From a bacterium (GTDB lineage Bacteria; Actinomycetota; Acidimicrobiia; Spongiisociales; ZC4RG35): a DNA stretch of 64,000 bases. The notes under the pieces are model-generated. The model did no database searches, was not told the origin of the DNA, and was given only the letters and a program-made list of their open reading frames with translations. A program made the translations under genes and the position numbers. How positions within the stretch are numbered: position 1 is the first letter of the stretch; each line of letters opens with the position of its first letter. Location: contig JAPPLW010000004.1 in NCBI GenBank assembly GCA_028819345.1, positions 3,530 through 67,529 on the forward strand, given 5' to 3'. Below, in pieces: positions 35,512 through 44,981 of this stretch.

Positions 35512-36234
35512 ATGGCATCTGAGAAGGATATGGAAGGTCACGGGGATGGCGCCGAGAACCCCGATCATCACGGCTCGGGGCATTATCACGGGCATGAACA
35601 CGAGGGATGGTGGCACCAGGTCCGGTACCTGCGGCATGCCCCCCAACTCTGGACGTCGCCCATCAACGTGGCAGTGGTGGGTTTGATCGACCCGCGCGAG
35701 GGGGAGACGATGTTGGACGTGGGGGCGGGAATGGGCCCGGCGGTCCTGGCCGCCGCCCGGAGGGTGGGCAACGGCAGGGTCATTGCCTTGGACCCTTCGC
35801 CGCTGATGAGAGGGATCATGAGGTTTCGCCGCCGGACGGCGGGATTGGTGGATCGCCTGTCAATCATGAAGGGCAAGGCCGAGGAGATCCCTCTCGAAGC
35901 CGCCTCGGTGAACGGCGCCTGGTCCATAAACTGCGTCCACCACTGGGGCGACGATCAAGTTGCATGTACGGAGTTGGGGAGGGTGATGAGGCCGGACGGA
36001 CGCCTCCTGCTCTTGGACGAGCAGTTCAGTGATCCCGACCATCCCCGGCATGAGTCCTACGACGACACCCGGCACGGTGAGCCGGGCTTCTTCCACGAGA
36101 TAGACACCGATCGCCTCGGTGGCCTGTTGGAGCAGGCGGGCTTCCGGATCGAACGAGCTGGTGACGAACGCTTGGACGGGGTCCCGGTGAGGCTGATCCG
36201 GGCCGTTCGCCTGTCGGGCCACCCCGGCTCGTAG
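35512..36234 (+). CDS. class I SAM-dependent methyltransferase with His-rich N-terminal extension
   Basis: ORF 35443..36234; ATG 35512 follows GGAGG. Motif I MLDVGAGMGPAV and motif II-like VIALDPS. N-terminus is GHGDGAENPDHHGSGHYHGHEHEGWWH. Confidence 0.75.
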   Translation: MASEKDMEGHGDGAENPDHHGSGHYHGHEHEGWWHQVRYLRHAPQLWTSPINVAVVGLIDPREGETMLDVGAGMGPAVLAAARRVGNGRVIALDPSPLMRGIMRFRRRTAGLVDRLSIMKGKAEEIPLEAASVNGAWSINCVHHWGDDQVACTELGRVMRPDGRLLLLDEQFSDPDHPRHESYDDTRHGEPGFFHEIDTDRLGGLLEQAGFRIERAGDERLDGVPVRLIRAVRLSGHPGS

Positions 36235-36327
36235 CCACCGGTGAAGTAGCTCGCCCGGGCCTGGGTCTCCCCGAGGAGCAGCGCGGTGGATTTGCCTGAA
36301 CGGCGGGTACTGTTTCCCCATGAGGTA

Positions 36328-37872
36328 ATGACTTACGAATCTCTGGTTGAGGCTTTCCGGTGGGAGATCCCCGATAGTTTCAACCTGGGAGTGGCATGCG
36401 CCGACCATCAGGATCCCGACGCCCTTGCTCTGGTGGCGGAGCATCGGTCGGGGAGGATCTCCCGGCACACCTTTGGAGAGTTGGCCGAAGGTTCGGACCG
36501 GCTCGCCGGCGGTCTGGCTCGGCAGGGGATCAAAAGGGGTGATCGAGTGGCGATCGTGGCGCCGCAATCGGTCGAGGTCGGCCTGGCCCATCTCGCTCTG
36601 TGGAAACTGGGGGCAGTGTCGCTCCCGCTGGCCTCCCTGTTCGGGCCGGACGCCATTTCCTACCGGCTCTCAGATTCGGGAGCCAAGGCGGCCATCGTCC
36701 ACCCTGCCAACCGGGCGAAGGTGAACGAGGCTGCGCCCCGCTTGCCGGTGATCGAAACCGGCCCGGAGTTCGACGCCCTCTGTTCCGGTCCGGCACTTGA
36801 TCTGGCGCCGGACACCGCCGCAGAGGATCCGGCCTACCTGATATACACCTCCGGCACCACCGGACCCCCCAAGGGTGCGCTCCATGCCCACCGGTCCCTC
36901 TTCGGGCATCTACCTGCCTTCGAGTGTTACTACGAGTTCGCTCCCCGCCCCGGCGATCTGATCTGGACGCCGGCCGACTGGGCGTGGATGGGCGGCCTGA
37001 TGGATGTGCTGATCCCCGCCTGGTATTACGGGATGGCAGTGCTAACCGTCGAGGCGGACTTTGATCCTGCCGGTTCCTTCGATCTGATGGCGGAGCACGG
37101 CGTGACCCTCGCCTTCCTCCCGCCCACCGCCCTGAAGATGATGCGGGCGTCGGGCGCCGGTTGTTCCGATCTGTCGCTCCGGGCCATCTTCACCGCTGGG
37201 GAACCGCTGGGATCTGAGGTGCTGGATTGGGCGAAGCGAAACCTCGGGTGCCGCATCAACGAGGGCTATGGGCAGACTGAGGCCAACCTGGTGGTGGGCA
37301 ACTGCGCATCGGTGTGGCCGGTGCGCCCCGGGTCGATGGGTCGGGCGATCCCCGGCCATGAAGTGGCAATCCAGGACGAGAACGGTAACCGGCTCATTGA
37401 TGAGGAGGGAGAGATATGCGTGCGCGCCCCCGACCCGGTGATGATGCTCGGCTACTGGAACCGACCGGAGTCCACTGCAGAGAAGTTCCGGGACGGGTGG
37501 CTTCTCACGGGCGACCTGGGTGTCGAGGACTCCGACGGGTACCTCTGGTTCCGCAGCCGGAAGGACGATGTGATCACCTCGATGGGGTACCGGATCGGTC
37601 CGGGAGAGATCGAGGAGTGCCTCATGGGCCACCCGGCGGTGGCGATGTGCGCGGTGGTGGGGGTTCCCGATGAGATCCGGGGCCATGTCCCCGCAGCTTT
37701 CGTGGTGCCGCGCTCGGGCATCGCACCGTCGGAGGAACTGGCTGCAGAACTACAGCAGCATGTCCGCACCCGGCTGGCCGCCCACGAGACCCCTCGCCGG
37801 GTGACCTTTCTCGACGAACTCCCCCGGACCACCACGGGCAAGATCATGCGCCGGGTTCTCCGTCCTTCCTGA
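36328..37872 (+). CDS. AMP-dependent acyl-CoA synthetase / ligase
   Basis: ORF 36286..37872 (GTG). ATG 36328 (MTYESLVEAFRWEIPDSFNLG) preferred by similarity to usual N-termini. AMP-binding box YLIYTSGTTGPPKGALHAH, then GYGQTE, GDLG..DSDGYLWFRSRKDD and LPRTTTGKI. Confidence 0.85.
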   Translation: MTYESLVEAFRWEIPDSFNLGVACADHQDPDALALVAEHRSGRISRHTFGELAEGSDRLAGGLARQGIKRGDRVAIVAPQSVEVGLAHLALWKLGAVSLPLASLFGPDAISYRLSDSGAKAAIVHPANRAKVNEAAPRLPVIETGPEFDALCSGPALDLAPDTAAEDPAYLIYTSGTTGPPKGALHAHRSLFGHLPAFECYYEFAPRPGDLIWTPADWAWMGGLMDVLIPAWYYGMAVLTVEADFDPAGSFDLMAEHGVTLAFLPPTALKMMRASGAGCSDLSLRAIFTAGEPLGSEVLDWAKRNLGCRINEGYGQTEANLVVGNCASVWPVRPGSMGRAIPGHEVAIQDENGNRLIDEEGEICVRAPDPVMMLGYWNRPESTAEKFRDGWLLTGDLGVEDSDGYLWFRSRKDDVITSMGYRIGPGEIEECLMGHPAVAMCAVVGVPDEIRGHVPAAFVVPRSGIAPSEELAAELQQHVRTRLAAHETPRRVTFLDELPRTTTGKIMRRVLRPS

Positions 37873-37954
37873 GGCGCGGGCAACCTCGCCCGGTTGAGAG
37901 GGCGCGAAGAGACGGCACAGAGTCTCAACACCCCCATGTCCGGGAGCCGTCGAG

Positions 37955-38506
37955 TCAAAGGCTGATGGGGCCCGGCCGCAGCACCTTGGGCTGGCGGTTG
38001 GCCAACGCCTCTATAACCGTGGAGGCCACGCCTCCCGGACACAAACCCGGCAGATAGAGTTCTATCCGGTCGCCGAAGACGTCCCGGGCTTCCACGTGCG
38101 AGTGGGCCGGGGAATCCCCCGACCGGTTGGCGGATGTGACGGCGAGCGGTCCGCACAGGTTCAGCAGTTCCAGGGCGACCGGATGATCCGGCATCCGGAG
38201 TCCCACGGTCGTCGGGCCGTCTTCCTCCGTGGAGCCTTTGGAAGATACGACCAGGGTCAGCGGGCCCGGCCAATGGGCGTCGGCCAACTCTCGAGCGACC
38301 CGGGGAAACAATGCCATTTCCATGGCGTCGGCCACAGATCCCACCAGCACGGCGATCGCCTTATCCGGGGGGCGTCCCTTCACTGCGAAGAGTTCCTGCT
38401 GGGCCGAGAGGTGGGTGGCCAGCCCGTAGACGGTATCGGTGGGCACGCCCACCACCTTCCCCTCTGCGAGCAGGGCGCGGGCGCGGTCCAGCAGCCGGGT
38501 TGTCAC
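37955..38506 (-). CDS. tsaC: L-threonylcarbamoyladenylate synthase (TsaC/YrdC/Sua5 family, single domain)
   Basis: ORF 37955..38764; GTG 38506 overlaps the prmC stop (GTGA). VVGVPTDTVYGLA, FAVKGRPPDKAIAVLV, WPGPLTLV and LAVTSANRSG are present. Confidence 0.8.
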   Translation of the reverse strand: MTTRLLDRARALLAEGKVVGVPTDTVYGLATHLSAQQELFAVKGRPPDKAIAVLVGSVADAMEMALFPRVARELADAHWPGPLTLVVSSKGSTEEDGPTTVGLRMPDHPVALELLNLCGPLAVTSANRSGDSPAHSHVEARDVFGDRIELYLPGLCPGGVASTVIEALANRQPKVLRPGPISL

Positions 38507-39333
38507 GGTTCGATCGGCCCTCCCCACACGAACCGGGAACGACCGGCAAGGTCGTTGTGGATCTTGGCGGCGATGCCTCCGGCCCGAAAGGCCTCCTGCA
38601 CCTCTTCGGCCTGGGTCTCCCCGATTTCGACGGCGACGGTTCCTGACGGTCTCAGCCAATCGCCAACCTCGGCAGCCAGTCGCTCCAGTATCTCGGTGCC
38701 CCGAGGGCCCGCCACCAGGGCCCCGTAGGGTTCGGTTCTCACCTCGGCCGGAAGACCGGACCACTCCGACTCAGCAACGTAGGGCGGATTGGAGACCACT
38801 ATGTCCACCTCGCCCCGCAGGGAACACGGCACGGCGTCAAAGAGATCGCCCTCCCGGACGTCGATCCGCCCCGCCTCCCAGTGATTGTCCCTGATGTTCT
38901 CCCGGGCCAACTCCACGGCTGCCGGAGAGATGTCGGTTGCTATCACCTCCGCTCGTGGATAGGTGTGCGCCAGCGCCAGGGCCAGGGCGCCCGAGCCGGT
39001 TCCGATATCCACGATCACCGACGCCAGAGAAGCCGGGACCAACCGGGTGACCAGTTCCCACAGCTGCTCGGTCTCGGGTCTGGGTATCAGCGCCCTCTCG
39101 TCCACGGCCACTCGTACCGGGCCAAAGTCCACGTACCCCTCCAGGTATTGGAGCGGGACCCCCGATTGGCGTTTTCTGATCAGCGTCTCGGTCGCCGCCG
39201 CGATGGGTGGGGGCAGGGGCCGGTCGGCCTCCACGCGGTCCTCTGTGAGAGTCTCGATCAGACGCCGCACCTCGTGGTAGGGGATCCGACTGCGGCGGGA
39301 GATCTGGAGGGGAGAGAGAGCCAGGGGAGCCAT
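38503..39333 (-). CDS. prmC: peptide chain release factor N5-glutamine methyltransferase
   Basis: ORF 38503..39672; ATG 39333 lies 14 nt after the prfA stop. PLQYLEGYVDFG, ALIPRPETE, VDIGTGSGALALALA and IVVSNPPYV (NPPY) are present. Confidence 0.85.
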   Translation of the reverse strand: MAPLALSPLQISRRSRIPYHEVRRLIETLTEDRVEADRPLPPPIAAATETLIRKRQSGVPLQYLEGYVDFGPVRVAVDERALIPRPETEQLWELVTRLVPASLASVIVDIGTGSGALALALAHTYPRAEVIATDISPAAVELARENIRDNHWEAGRIDVREGDLFDAVPCSLRGEVDIVVSNPPYVAESEWSGLPAEVRTEPYGALVAGPRGTEILERLAAEVGDWLRPSGTVAVEIGETQAEEVQEAFRAGGIAAKIHNDLAGRSRFVWGGPIEP

Positions 39334-39347
39334 CGGGGCCGAAAGGG

Positions 39348-40442
39348 TCACTCCGTGGGTGACGCCGAGAGTGAGGAGACCAGTCTCTCGGACCGGTCCC
39401 GGGCCGCCAACTCGCCGGTTATCTGGTCGATCTCCCCTTCGAGCACCCTGTCGAGCGACTTCAGGACAAGCCCGATCCGATGGTCGGTCACCCGGTTCTC
39501 CCGGAAGTTGTAGGTGCGGATCTTCTCGGATCGGTCGCCACCCCCCACCTGGGACCGTCTCTGGCCGGCGATGCCGGCTCGGCGACGCTCGATCTCCAAC
39601 TGGTACAGCCGGGCGCGCAGCACGCGGAAGGCCTTCTCTTTGTTCTGGAACTGGCTTTTCTGGTCCTGGCAACTCACCACCAGACCGGTGGGGAGATGGG
39701 TGATGCGGACCGCCGAGTCCGTGGTGTTGACCGACTGGCCGCCGGGGCCGGAGGAGCGGAACACGTCCACCCGGACTTCATCGGGGCTCACCTCCACCTC
39801 CACCTCGTCAGCCTCCGGCAGAACGGCAACGGTGGCCGTTGAGGTGTGGACCCGCCCCTGCGACTCGGTCCTGGGCACCCGCTGCACGCGGTGCACGCCG
39901 CCTTCATAACGAAGCATTCCATACGATCCGCGACCCTTGACGGCGAAGGAGATCTTGCTGTATCCGCCCACCCCGGAGGGAGAGGCGTCCATCTCCTCCG
40001 TGCGCAGACCGTGCCGGTCGGCGAACTTCTGGTACATGCGAAGCAGATCACCGGCCCAAATGGCGGCTTCGTCGCCTCCGGCCGCCGCTCTGATCTCCAG
40101 GATCACGTCCCGATGGTCGTCGGGATCGGCGGGGACCATGAGGATCTCCAACTCCTTTTCCAGGCATACGGCGTCGCGTCGCCGCTCCTCGGCCATTTCC
40201 AGCAGTTCGTCGCGGAGCCCCGGGTCGGACTGGGCCAACTCCTCGGCTTCCCCGGCCTCGTCCACGGCTGCCAGCCAGGCGCGGGCGGTCTTCACGATCG
40301 GCCAAAGCTCGGCGCGGCGCCGGCCCGCCTCGGCCAACCGCCGGTGGTCGGAGATCACATCCGGCTGTGCCATGGAACTCTCCACTTCGGCCAACTGCCG
40401 TTCCAACACGGGGATACGCTCCCGCCAAACCGGATCGGTCAT
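39348..40442 (-). CDS. prfA: peptide chain release factor 1
   Basis: SGPGGQSVNTTDSAVRITHLPTG (GGQ), the PxT-type region and RIRTYNFRENRVTDHR are classic RF1. Confidence 0.95.
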   Translation of the reverse strand: MTDPVWRERIPVLERQLAEVESSMAQPDVISDHRRLAEAGRRRAELWPIVKTARAWLAAVDEAGEAEELAQSDPGLRDELLEMAEERRRDAVCLEKELEILMVPADPDDHRDVILEIRAAAGGDEAAIWAGDLLRMYQKFADRHGLRTEEMDASPSGVGGYSKISFAVKGRGSYGMLRYEGGVHRVQRVPRTESQGRVHTSTATVAVLPEADEVEVEVSPDEVRVDVFRSSGPGGQSVNTTDSAVRITHLPTGLVVSCQDQKSQFQNKEKAFRVLRARLYQLEIERRRAGIAGQRRSQVGGGDRSEKIRTYNFRENRVTDHRIGLVLKSLDRVLEGEIDQITGELAARDRSERLVSSLSASPTE

Positions 40443-41422
40443 CGCGCCAGGGCCTCTATGACCACCGAGGGTATGGCCCCGGTAGTCACCAGACGGTCGG
40501 ATTCAGCGGCGTCCACCGCCGCCAGCAGGCTGGTCATAGCCACCTCGACCTGGTCTGGGGCGGGTTGTTTGGTGGTTAGCTTCTGCAGCCACAGTCCGGG
40601 CGCGGCAAGCCATCTGCCCAGGACATCCGATTGCTTCCTCCCGGCGAATTTCAGGATCTCGTACGCGATGGCCGCGATTACCGGGATGAGGACCACCCGG
40701 CTCAGGATCAGGACCAGCCAACCGGGGTTGCCCACCAGGGCGAAGGCCAGTATCGAGATGATCACCACCAGCAAGAGGAAGTTGGTCCCGCACCGTGGGT
40801 GCTCGGGCGGGTACTTGAGAACAGTCTCCACGGATAGAGGCTCTCCCTGCTCGTAGGCGTGGATGGTCATGTGCTCGGCGCCGTGGTAGGCGAATACTCT
40901 CTTGATGTCCGCCATCCGGCCGATCGCCCACAGATAGCCAATGAACAGGCCGAGTCGGATGACCGCTTCCAAGAACCCGAACGCCAACCCGGATTCGCCC
41001 GCCGTCAGCCGGGCGACGGTGGCGGGAACCACCATGAAAAACGCCACGAAGAAGGAGAGAGCCACCGCCATCCACACCCAGAGTTGCCAGCCGAGCGTTT
41101 CCCGGGGGCCCTCGGCTCCGTCCGGATCTTCCCCCGGTTCCTGGGCGGCGATCTCCGCGGACCAGGCCAGGGAGCGGAATCCCAGGTTGAGAGATTCAAA
41201 CAGGACCAGGATGCCTCGCAGGAAGGGGACTCGAGCAGCCCAGCTTCGGGTGGAGAGGCGGGGAAGCTCCCTCCGCTCGGCCACGATCACGCCATCCGGG
41301 CGTCGAGCCGCCACAGCCCAGGCCTCCGGGGCGCGTACCATCACACCCTCGATCAGGGCTTGCCCCCCTACCGTCAGTAATTCGGATTGAGGCGCAGGGA
41401 CAGGTTGGGATTCGGCCCTCAA
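40439..41422 (-). CDS. DUF1385 (YqhQ-like) membrane protein
   Basis: GGQALIEGVMVR, AYHGAEHMTIHAYE and EHPRCGTNFLLLV are the DUF1385 signature. The stop overlaps the prfA start (ATGA). Confidence 0.8.
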   Translation of the reverse strand: MRAESQPVPAPQSELLTVGGQALIEGVMVRAPEAWAVAARRPDGVIVAERRELPRLSTRSWAARVPFLRGILVLFESLNLGFRSLAWSAEIAAQEPGEDPDGAEGPRETLGWQLWVWMAVALSFFVAFFMVVPATVARLTAGESGLAFGFLEAVIRLGLFIGYLWAIGRMADIKRVFAYHGAEHMTIHAYEQGEPLSVETVLKYPPEHPRCGTNFLLLVVIISILAFALVGNPGWLVLILSRVVLIPVIAAIAYEILKFAGRKQSDVLGRWLAAPGLWLQKLTTKQPAPDQVEVAMTSLLAAVDAAESDRLVTTGAIPSVVIEALAR

Positions 41423-41438
41423 AGCGAACAGGGGTTGG

Positions 41439-41801
41439 TTAGGCGCCGTCGGTCCTCAGCACCTCGGGTCCTGTTTCCGGAGTTGACTCTCCGGCGGCGG
41501 GTGTCGAAGACCCCTCGGCGTTCGCCTCCTCGGGGACAGGCGAAGGTGCTTCAGTAGGAGCCGTGGTTTTCTTGCGGTACCGCTTGGAGCGGACTTCGGC
41601 CGCTTTTCCGTAGCGCCTCTGAAAGTGCTCCACCCTTCCGCCGGTGTCGACCAGCCGTTGCTCTCCGGTGTAGAAGGGGTGACACTCATTGCACAACTCC
41701 ACGCTCATGGCGGGCGGCCTGGTGGTCCTGGTCACGAAACTGGCCCCGCAGGAGCAGGTGACCGTGGTCAGGTCGTATTGGGGATGTATTCCTGTTTTCA
41801 T
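41439..41801 (-). CDS. rpmE: 50S ribosomal protein L31 (Zn-ribbon type) with ~50-aa C-terminal extension
   Basis: MKTGIHPQY...CSCG...CNECHPFYTGEQRLVDTGGRVEHFQRRYGK is L31 type A. It is followed by a Pro/Thr/Glu-rich tail. The start overlaps the rho stop (ATGA). Confidence 0.9.
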   Translation of the reverse strand: MKTGIHPQYDLTTVTCSCGASFVTRTTRPPAMSVELCNECHPFYTGEQRLVDTGGRVEHFQRRYGKAAEVRSKRYRKKTTAPTEAPSPVPEEANAEGSSTPAAGESTPETGPEVLRTDGA

Positions 41802-43366
41802 ACCGATCTGACTCGATCTCCGGTGTTTCTGGCCACCTCGGCCAAGAACACCTTGTTGGAAGGGGAACTCTGGAGTTTATCGATGAGCAACTCGATAGCG
41901 GCACTCGGGTCGAGCGAGAGAAGCACCCGCCGGAGTTTCCAGACCTGAGGCAGTTCGTCTACGGTGAACAGCAGTTCTTCCCGCCGGGTGCCGGACAACT
42001 CGATGTCCACCGCCGGATAGATCCGCTTGTCGGCGAGCTTCCGGTCCAGGCGCAGCTCCATGTTGCCGGTGCCCTTGAACTCCTCGAAGATCACTTCGTC
42101 CATCTTGGACCGGGTCTCCACCAGGGCGGTGCCCAGGATGGTCAGACTCCCGCCTTCCTCTATGTTGCGGGCTGCTCCGAAGAATCGCTTGGGCGGATAG
42201 AGGGCGGTGGCGTCGATTCCGCCCGAGAGCATCCGTCCCGATGCGGGGGCCGCCAGGTTGTGAGCCCGGGCCAGACGGGTTATGGAGTCCAGCAGGATCA
42301 CCACGTCCAGTCCGGTCTCCACCATGCGCTTGGCGCGCTCCAAAGCGAGATCGGCGATCTGGGTGTGCTGATCGGCGGGCCGGTCGAAGGTGGAGTAGAC
42401 CACGTCACCCTTGACCGATCTCTGCATGTCGGTCACCTCTTCGGGACGCTCGTCCACCAGCACCACCATCAGCCGGCACTCCGGGTTGTTGATGATTATC
42501 GACTGGGCGATCTCCTTGAGCACGGTGGTCTTACCGGCCTTGGGTGGGGAGACGATCAGTCCCCGCTGCCCCTTGCCTATCGGAGAGATGAGGTCGATGA
42601 GGCGGGCCAGGGTTCGATTGGGCATTCCCTCCAACTCCAAGCGGAGCCGCTGATCGGGGAAGAGGGGTGTCAGCCTATCGAACTTGGGGCGACGCATTGC
42701 CTCGCCGGGGTCCATCTTGTTGACATGTTCCACTCTCACCATTCCCGGGTACTTTTCCTGCGAGCGGGGAGGTCTGATCGGCCCGCCCACCAGGTCACCC
42801 TTGCGAAGCTGCATACGGCGGATAAGCCCGGCGGAGACGTAGACGTCCCTCTCTCCCGGCCCGTATCCCGACACCCGGAGGAACCCGTAGCCCTCGGGGA
42901 GGATGTCCAGCAGCCCTTCCCTCACCTCCATCTCGCTCTCGGGGATGTTGGAGTGAGAAGACTGCCGCCGGCCCCGTCCACGTCGGCGTCGACCTCCGCC
43001 GGAATGCGAAGGCCCCGGGTTCTCGGTCACTTTGAAATCAAAGTCCGGGGAGGCGCCATCCGACGGACGACGGCTGTCGCTGTCCTGGGAGGCGCCGCCC
43101 TGGGGTCGTCTGGAGGCCGGGGAAGGGGGCACCGGAGCGGGAGGGGCCTGCTGGCGTCCGCCGCTGCGCGCTCGGGACGCCTGAGGCGCCTTGCCGCCGC
43201 CCGGGTTGGTTTCGGCGCCGCTGCCTGTTATGGCCTTTATCAGCTGCTCCTTGCCCATCCCGCCGGAGTCGATGCCGATCGCCGAGGCGATTTGGCGCAG
43301 GTCATTGACCGATTTGGATAGGAGTTGTCCGTTTTCGGATTCACTGGTCATTAGAGAATTCCTCAT
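41798..43366 (-). CDS. rho: transcription termination factor Rho (with R/G/S-rich N-terminal insertion)
   Basis: Rho_N ([10 protein letters not shown]), a ~110-aa R/G/P/S-rich insert, cold-shock-like GYGFLR, Walker [14 protein letters not shown], Walker [14 protein letters not shown], and SGTRREELL. Confidence 0.95.
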   Translation of the reverse strand: MRNSLMTSESENGQLLSKSVNDLRQIASAIGIDSGGMGKEQLIKAITGSGAETNPGGGKAPQASRARSGGRQQAPPAPVPPSPASRRPQGGASQDSDSRRPSDGASPDFDFKVTENPGPSHSGGGRRRRGRGRRQSSHSNIPESEMEVREGLLDILPEGYGFLRVSGYGPGERDVYVSAGLIRRMQLRKGDLVGGPIRPPRSQEKYPGMVRVEHVNKMDPGEAMRRPKFDRLTPLFPDQRLRLELEGMPNRTLARLIDLISPIGKGQRGLIVSPPKAGKTTVLKEIAQSIIINNPECRLMVVLVDERPEEVTDMQRSVKGDVVYSTFDRPADQHTQIADLALERAKRMVETGLDVVILLDSITRLARAHNLAAPASGRMLSGGIDATALYPPKRFFGAARNIEEGGSLTILGTALVETRSKMDEVIFEEFKGTGNMELRLDRKLADKRIYPAVDIELSGTRREELLFTVDELPQVWKLRRVLLSLDPSAAIELLIDKLQSSPSNKVFLAEVARNTGDRVRSV

Positions 43367-43503
43367 CTTCTCGAAGTTTCCGAATTGCCTATTGCTTGCT
43401 CTGTGGAGGTATGGGGCTGTAACGCGTTACAGAAAACCGCCTTGAAGAGTTTCTTGGGTGTTCGCCGCCGGACCCAGATGGGCGGACGAACCAGACGGCA
43501 CCG

Positions 43504-43533
43504 ACTATAACAGATCGGGCGTCTATATGTCAA
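43504..43533 (-). promoter_or_regulatory. candidate sigma-70-type promoter of rho (TTGACA-N18-TATAGT)
   Basis: On the minus strand TTGACA (43533..43528) and TATAGT (43509..43504) are separated by 18 nt in a locally AT-richer stretch. It lies ~135 nt upstream of the rho ATG and just downstream of the thrC terminator-like hairpin. Confidence 0.5.
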
Positions 43534-43548
43534 ACTCATAAACGGGAC

Positions 43549-43570
43549 GGCCCCGGTCCGGCCGGGGGCC
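43549..43570 (-). terminator. putative intrinsic terminator after thrC
   Basis: The minus-strand RNA ggcccccggccggaccggggcc forms a GC-rich stem (one bulge) followed by GUCCCGUUUAUGAGUUUG. It begins 16 nt after the thrC stop. Confidence 0.45.
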
Positions 43571-43585
43571 ACCGGTTGGCCCGGG

Positions 43586-44953
43586 CTAGGGGCGGGTCTC
43601 CTCCAGAACGGACAGGAGCCTGCCAAGCCGGGCGGGGATCACGGTTATCCGCTCCCGACGCCGGGAGAGGTCGGCCAGGCGGGAGGGCGGATGGGGGGAG
43701 GAGCCCACCGCCTCCGCCACCGCTTCGGGGAACTTGGCGGGATGAGCCGTGGCGATGCTAACAACTTCCTCCCCGGCGGCGCGCAATGGCTCCGCCATAG
43801 CCCAACCCAGGGCGCTGTGGGGGTCGAGCAGGAGTCCGTGCCTGTGGTGGACGGCGGCGATTACCTCGACTATGGAGCGGTCGTCCAGCCATCCCGCTTC
43901 GAAGTCATCCGACAGGCTGGAGTGAAGTTCTCTGTCGAGCCGCAGTTCGCCGCGGCTGCGGTAGGCGTCCATCATCTCCGACATCCACCCGCCCCGTCGG
44001 CAACCCAGTTCAAAAAGGTATCTCTCCAGGTTGGAGGGGATTTGAATGTCCATTGCGGGCGCGAGCGTGGGACGTACCTCTTCGATGGAGAGCACACCCT
44101 CGGAGATGAGTCGGGTCAATCCCCGGTTGTGGTTGTTGGCCACCACCAGCCGCCCGACCGGTCCACCCATCCTGCGGGCCGCCCATCCGGCCAGCACGTT
44201 GCCGAAATTGCCGGTGGGAACCGAGAAGCTGACCTCCCGGCCCAGTCGGTGTCCCACCCACAGGTAGTAGGCGATCTGGGCGAGGATCCGCGCCCAGTTG
44301 ATCGAGTTGATGGCGGCCAGGGCCATCCGGCTCCGCACCTCGGCGTTGGCGAACGCCGCCTTCACCAGGTCCTGGCAGTCGTCGAAAGTCCCTTCAACCG
44401 CCACTGCGTGGACATTGGGAGACTCCACGGTCGTCATCTGCCGACGTTGGATGTCGGAGACCCGACCTTGGGGATAGAGAATCACGATGTCGATGGCCGC
44501 CCGGTCCCGGCAGGCCTCGATGGCCGCGGAGCCGGTGTCCCCGGAGGTGGCGCCCAGCACGAGAATCCGCTTTCCTTGGATTTCCAGCAGTTGATCGAAC
44601 AGCCTTCCCAGCAGTTGGAGGGCATAGTCCTTGAAGGAGAGGGTCGGCCCCGAAGTCAGATCCAGAAGCCATCGCCTGTCGGCTACCTCCCGGAGTGGCG
44701 CGGGCCCCTGCGGTCCGAAGTCGGAGTAAGCCTCGGCGGCCAGTCGGGGGAGGTGCTCGGACAGCAGGCTGTCGCCCATGAAGGGGGCGGCGACGGCGGC
44801 CACCATCTCGTGATATGACGCCCCCGGGGCCAGCCGTGGAGCGTCCGGCCACCGAACGGGAACGTAGAGTCCTCCGTCGGGCGCTGGACCGGCCAACAGG
44901 ATCTCATCGAAGGAGGCGGGCCCGGTTCCTCCCCGGGTCGAGACGTATCTCAC
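43586..44953 (-). CDS. thrC: threonine synthase
   Basis: MRYVSTRGG, GPTLSFKDYALQ (PLP Lys), GATSGDTGSAA and PTGNFGN are present. Confidence 0.9.
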   Translation of the reverse strand: MRYVSTRGGTGPASFDEILLAGPAPDGGLYVPVRWPDAPRLAPGASYHEMVAAVAAPFMGDSLLSEHLPRLAAEAYSDFGPQGPAPLREVADRRWLLDLTSGPTLSFKDYALQLLGRLFDQLLEIQGKRILVLGATSGDTGSAAIEACRDRAAIDIVILYPQGRVSDIQRRQMTTVESPNVHAVAVEGTFDDCQDLVKAAFANAEVRSRMALAAINSINWARILAQIAYYLWVGHRLGREVSFSVPTGNFGNVLAGWAARRMGGPVGRLVVANNHNRGLTRLISEGVLSIEEVRPTLAPAMDIQIPSNLERYLFELGCRRGGWMSEMMDAYRSRGELRLDRELHSSLSDDFEAGWLDDRSIVEVIAAVHHRHGLLLDPHSALGWAMAEPLRAAGEEVVSIATAHPAKFPEAVAEAVGSSPHPPSRLADLSRRRERITVIPARLGRLLSVLEETRP

Positions 44954-44981
44954 AGCCGGCCCGCGCCGGCGGTGAGCTCCA

